Shown piece after piece: positions 38,907-39,603 of a DNA stretch of 39,603 bases (position 1 is the stretch's first letter; every line of letters starts with the position of its first letter). This DNA is from Parcubacteria group bacterium LiPW_15 (GTDB taxonomy: Bacteria; Patescibacteriota; Minisyncoccia; UBA6257; 2-01-FULL-56-20), in contig VMER01000004.1 in NCBI GenBank assembly GCA_007375645.1, positions 1 through 39,603 of the forward strand, given 5' to 3'. Under the pieces are notes generated by a model. That model worked only from the letters and a program-made list of their open reading frames with translations. It was not told the DNA's origin and did no database searches. A program made the translations under genes and the position numbers.

Positions 38907-39603
38907 CTATTTTGTAGCGTTATAGAGCGCCGCTATTTCCGCCGCGGAAAGCGCGCGATTGTAGACGCGGACATCATCGATCTGGCCGTCAACGCCGTTT
39001 ACGCTATTGGAAATATTCATTGCATGAGAGCTACCCACGGGGGTTATTGTTTGCACCGCCGAAAATTTAAATTTCCCGTCAACGTAAAATTTCAAGTTGC
39101 TCCCGTCTGTTGTAAAAGTAAGAAGAACCCAGCTGCCTGCGCCAACGCCATTGGTGGCTTCGGAACCGCTCACAACATTGCTCGTTACCCCGTTCGCGAT
39201 CAATCCGTTGATGGTGGTCGCCCCGGACATCAGTCTGTAATTTACGCTAATATTTCCTCCGCCCGAACTTTTTAATACCACATAGCCATAATCTTTTAAT
39301 TGATCGAAATTTACCCAGGCGCTTATTGAAAAATTGCTTTCGAGCTTTAGAACATTATCGCCATTGCAGGTTATATAATCGTTTACCCCGTTAAAATTCC
39401 CCGAGTAAGATCCGACTTTACCGCCCGCATATCTTTCGGTAGAGGTTCCGTTCCACGTGCCGTTGTTTCCGTATCCCGAAGAATCTATTGTGTCTCCATC
39501 CAACTTCCAATACCCCACAAGACCAGATGGATTGTATAGAGGTGAAAGAGACAGGTTGTTACCCATGGCTATGACTCCGGGGTAATTGGAGATATTAGGG
39601 TTA
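38907..39603 (-). CDS. LamG/concanavalin A-like domain protein, 5' part outside the window
   Basis: LVGYWKLDG...DSSG.GN.G, FNG..DY, ISAWV, G.IDDVRVYNRALSA.EI; the frame stays open to the window edge. Confidence 0.85.
   Translation of the reverse strand, partial: NPNISNYPGVIAMGNNLSLSPLYNPSGLVGYWKLDGDTIDSSGYGNNGTWNGTSTERYAGGKVGSYSGNFNGVNDYITCNGDNVLKLESNFSISAWVNFDQLKDYGYVVLKSSGGGNISVNYRLMSGATTINGLIANGVTSNVVSGSEATNGVGAGSWVLLTFTTDGSNLKFYVDGKFKFSAVQTITPVGSSHAMNISNSVNGVDGQIDDVRVYNRALSAAEIAALYNATK

Overview
Chromosomal window from a reduced-genome bacterium, most likely Patescibacteria/CPR (Parcubacteria-like). That assignment is inferred from gene content, a fused rpoB-rpoC, an unlinked and insertion-rich 23S gene, leaderless-style gene starts and many large surface proteins. 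The left half is housekeeping: pilO-like, dprA, topA, rel, parB/GIY-YIG/parA, tRNA-Leu, PAP2, rpsF-ssb-rpsR, a single-ORF rpoB-rpoC fusion, mltG and rodA. Surface and membrane genes follow, then a minus-strand 23S-5S unit with no 16S, and a sortase-associated surface cluster. The 23S gene carries three insertions: a group I intron at E. coli site 2593 encoding an I-CreI-like LAGLIDADG endonuclease, a ~270-nt structured intervening sequence (IVS) in helix 25, and a ~750-nt IVS in helix 45. The standout observation is that the helix-45 IVS holds an array of five CCA-ending tRNA or tRNA-like genes in the rRNA sense. One is a canonical-looking amber (CUA) tRNA with a Lys-like body. The other four have Gly-, Ala-, Ile/Val- and Pro-like acceptor stems but broken anticodon arms. 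All calls were made by eye; no database search or folding was run.
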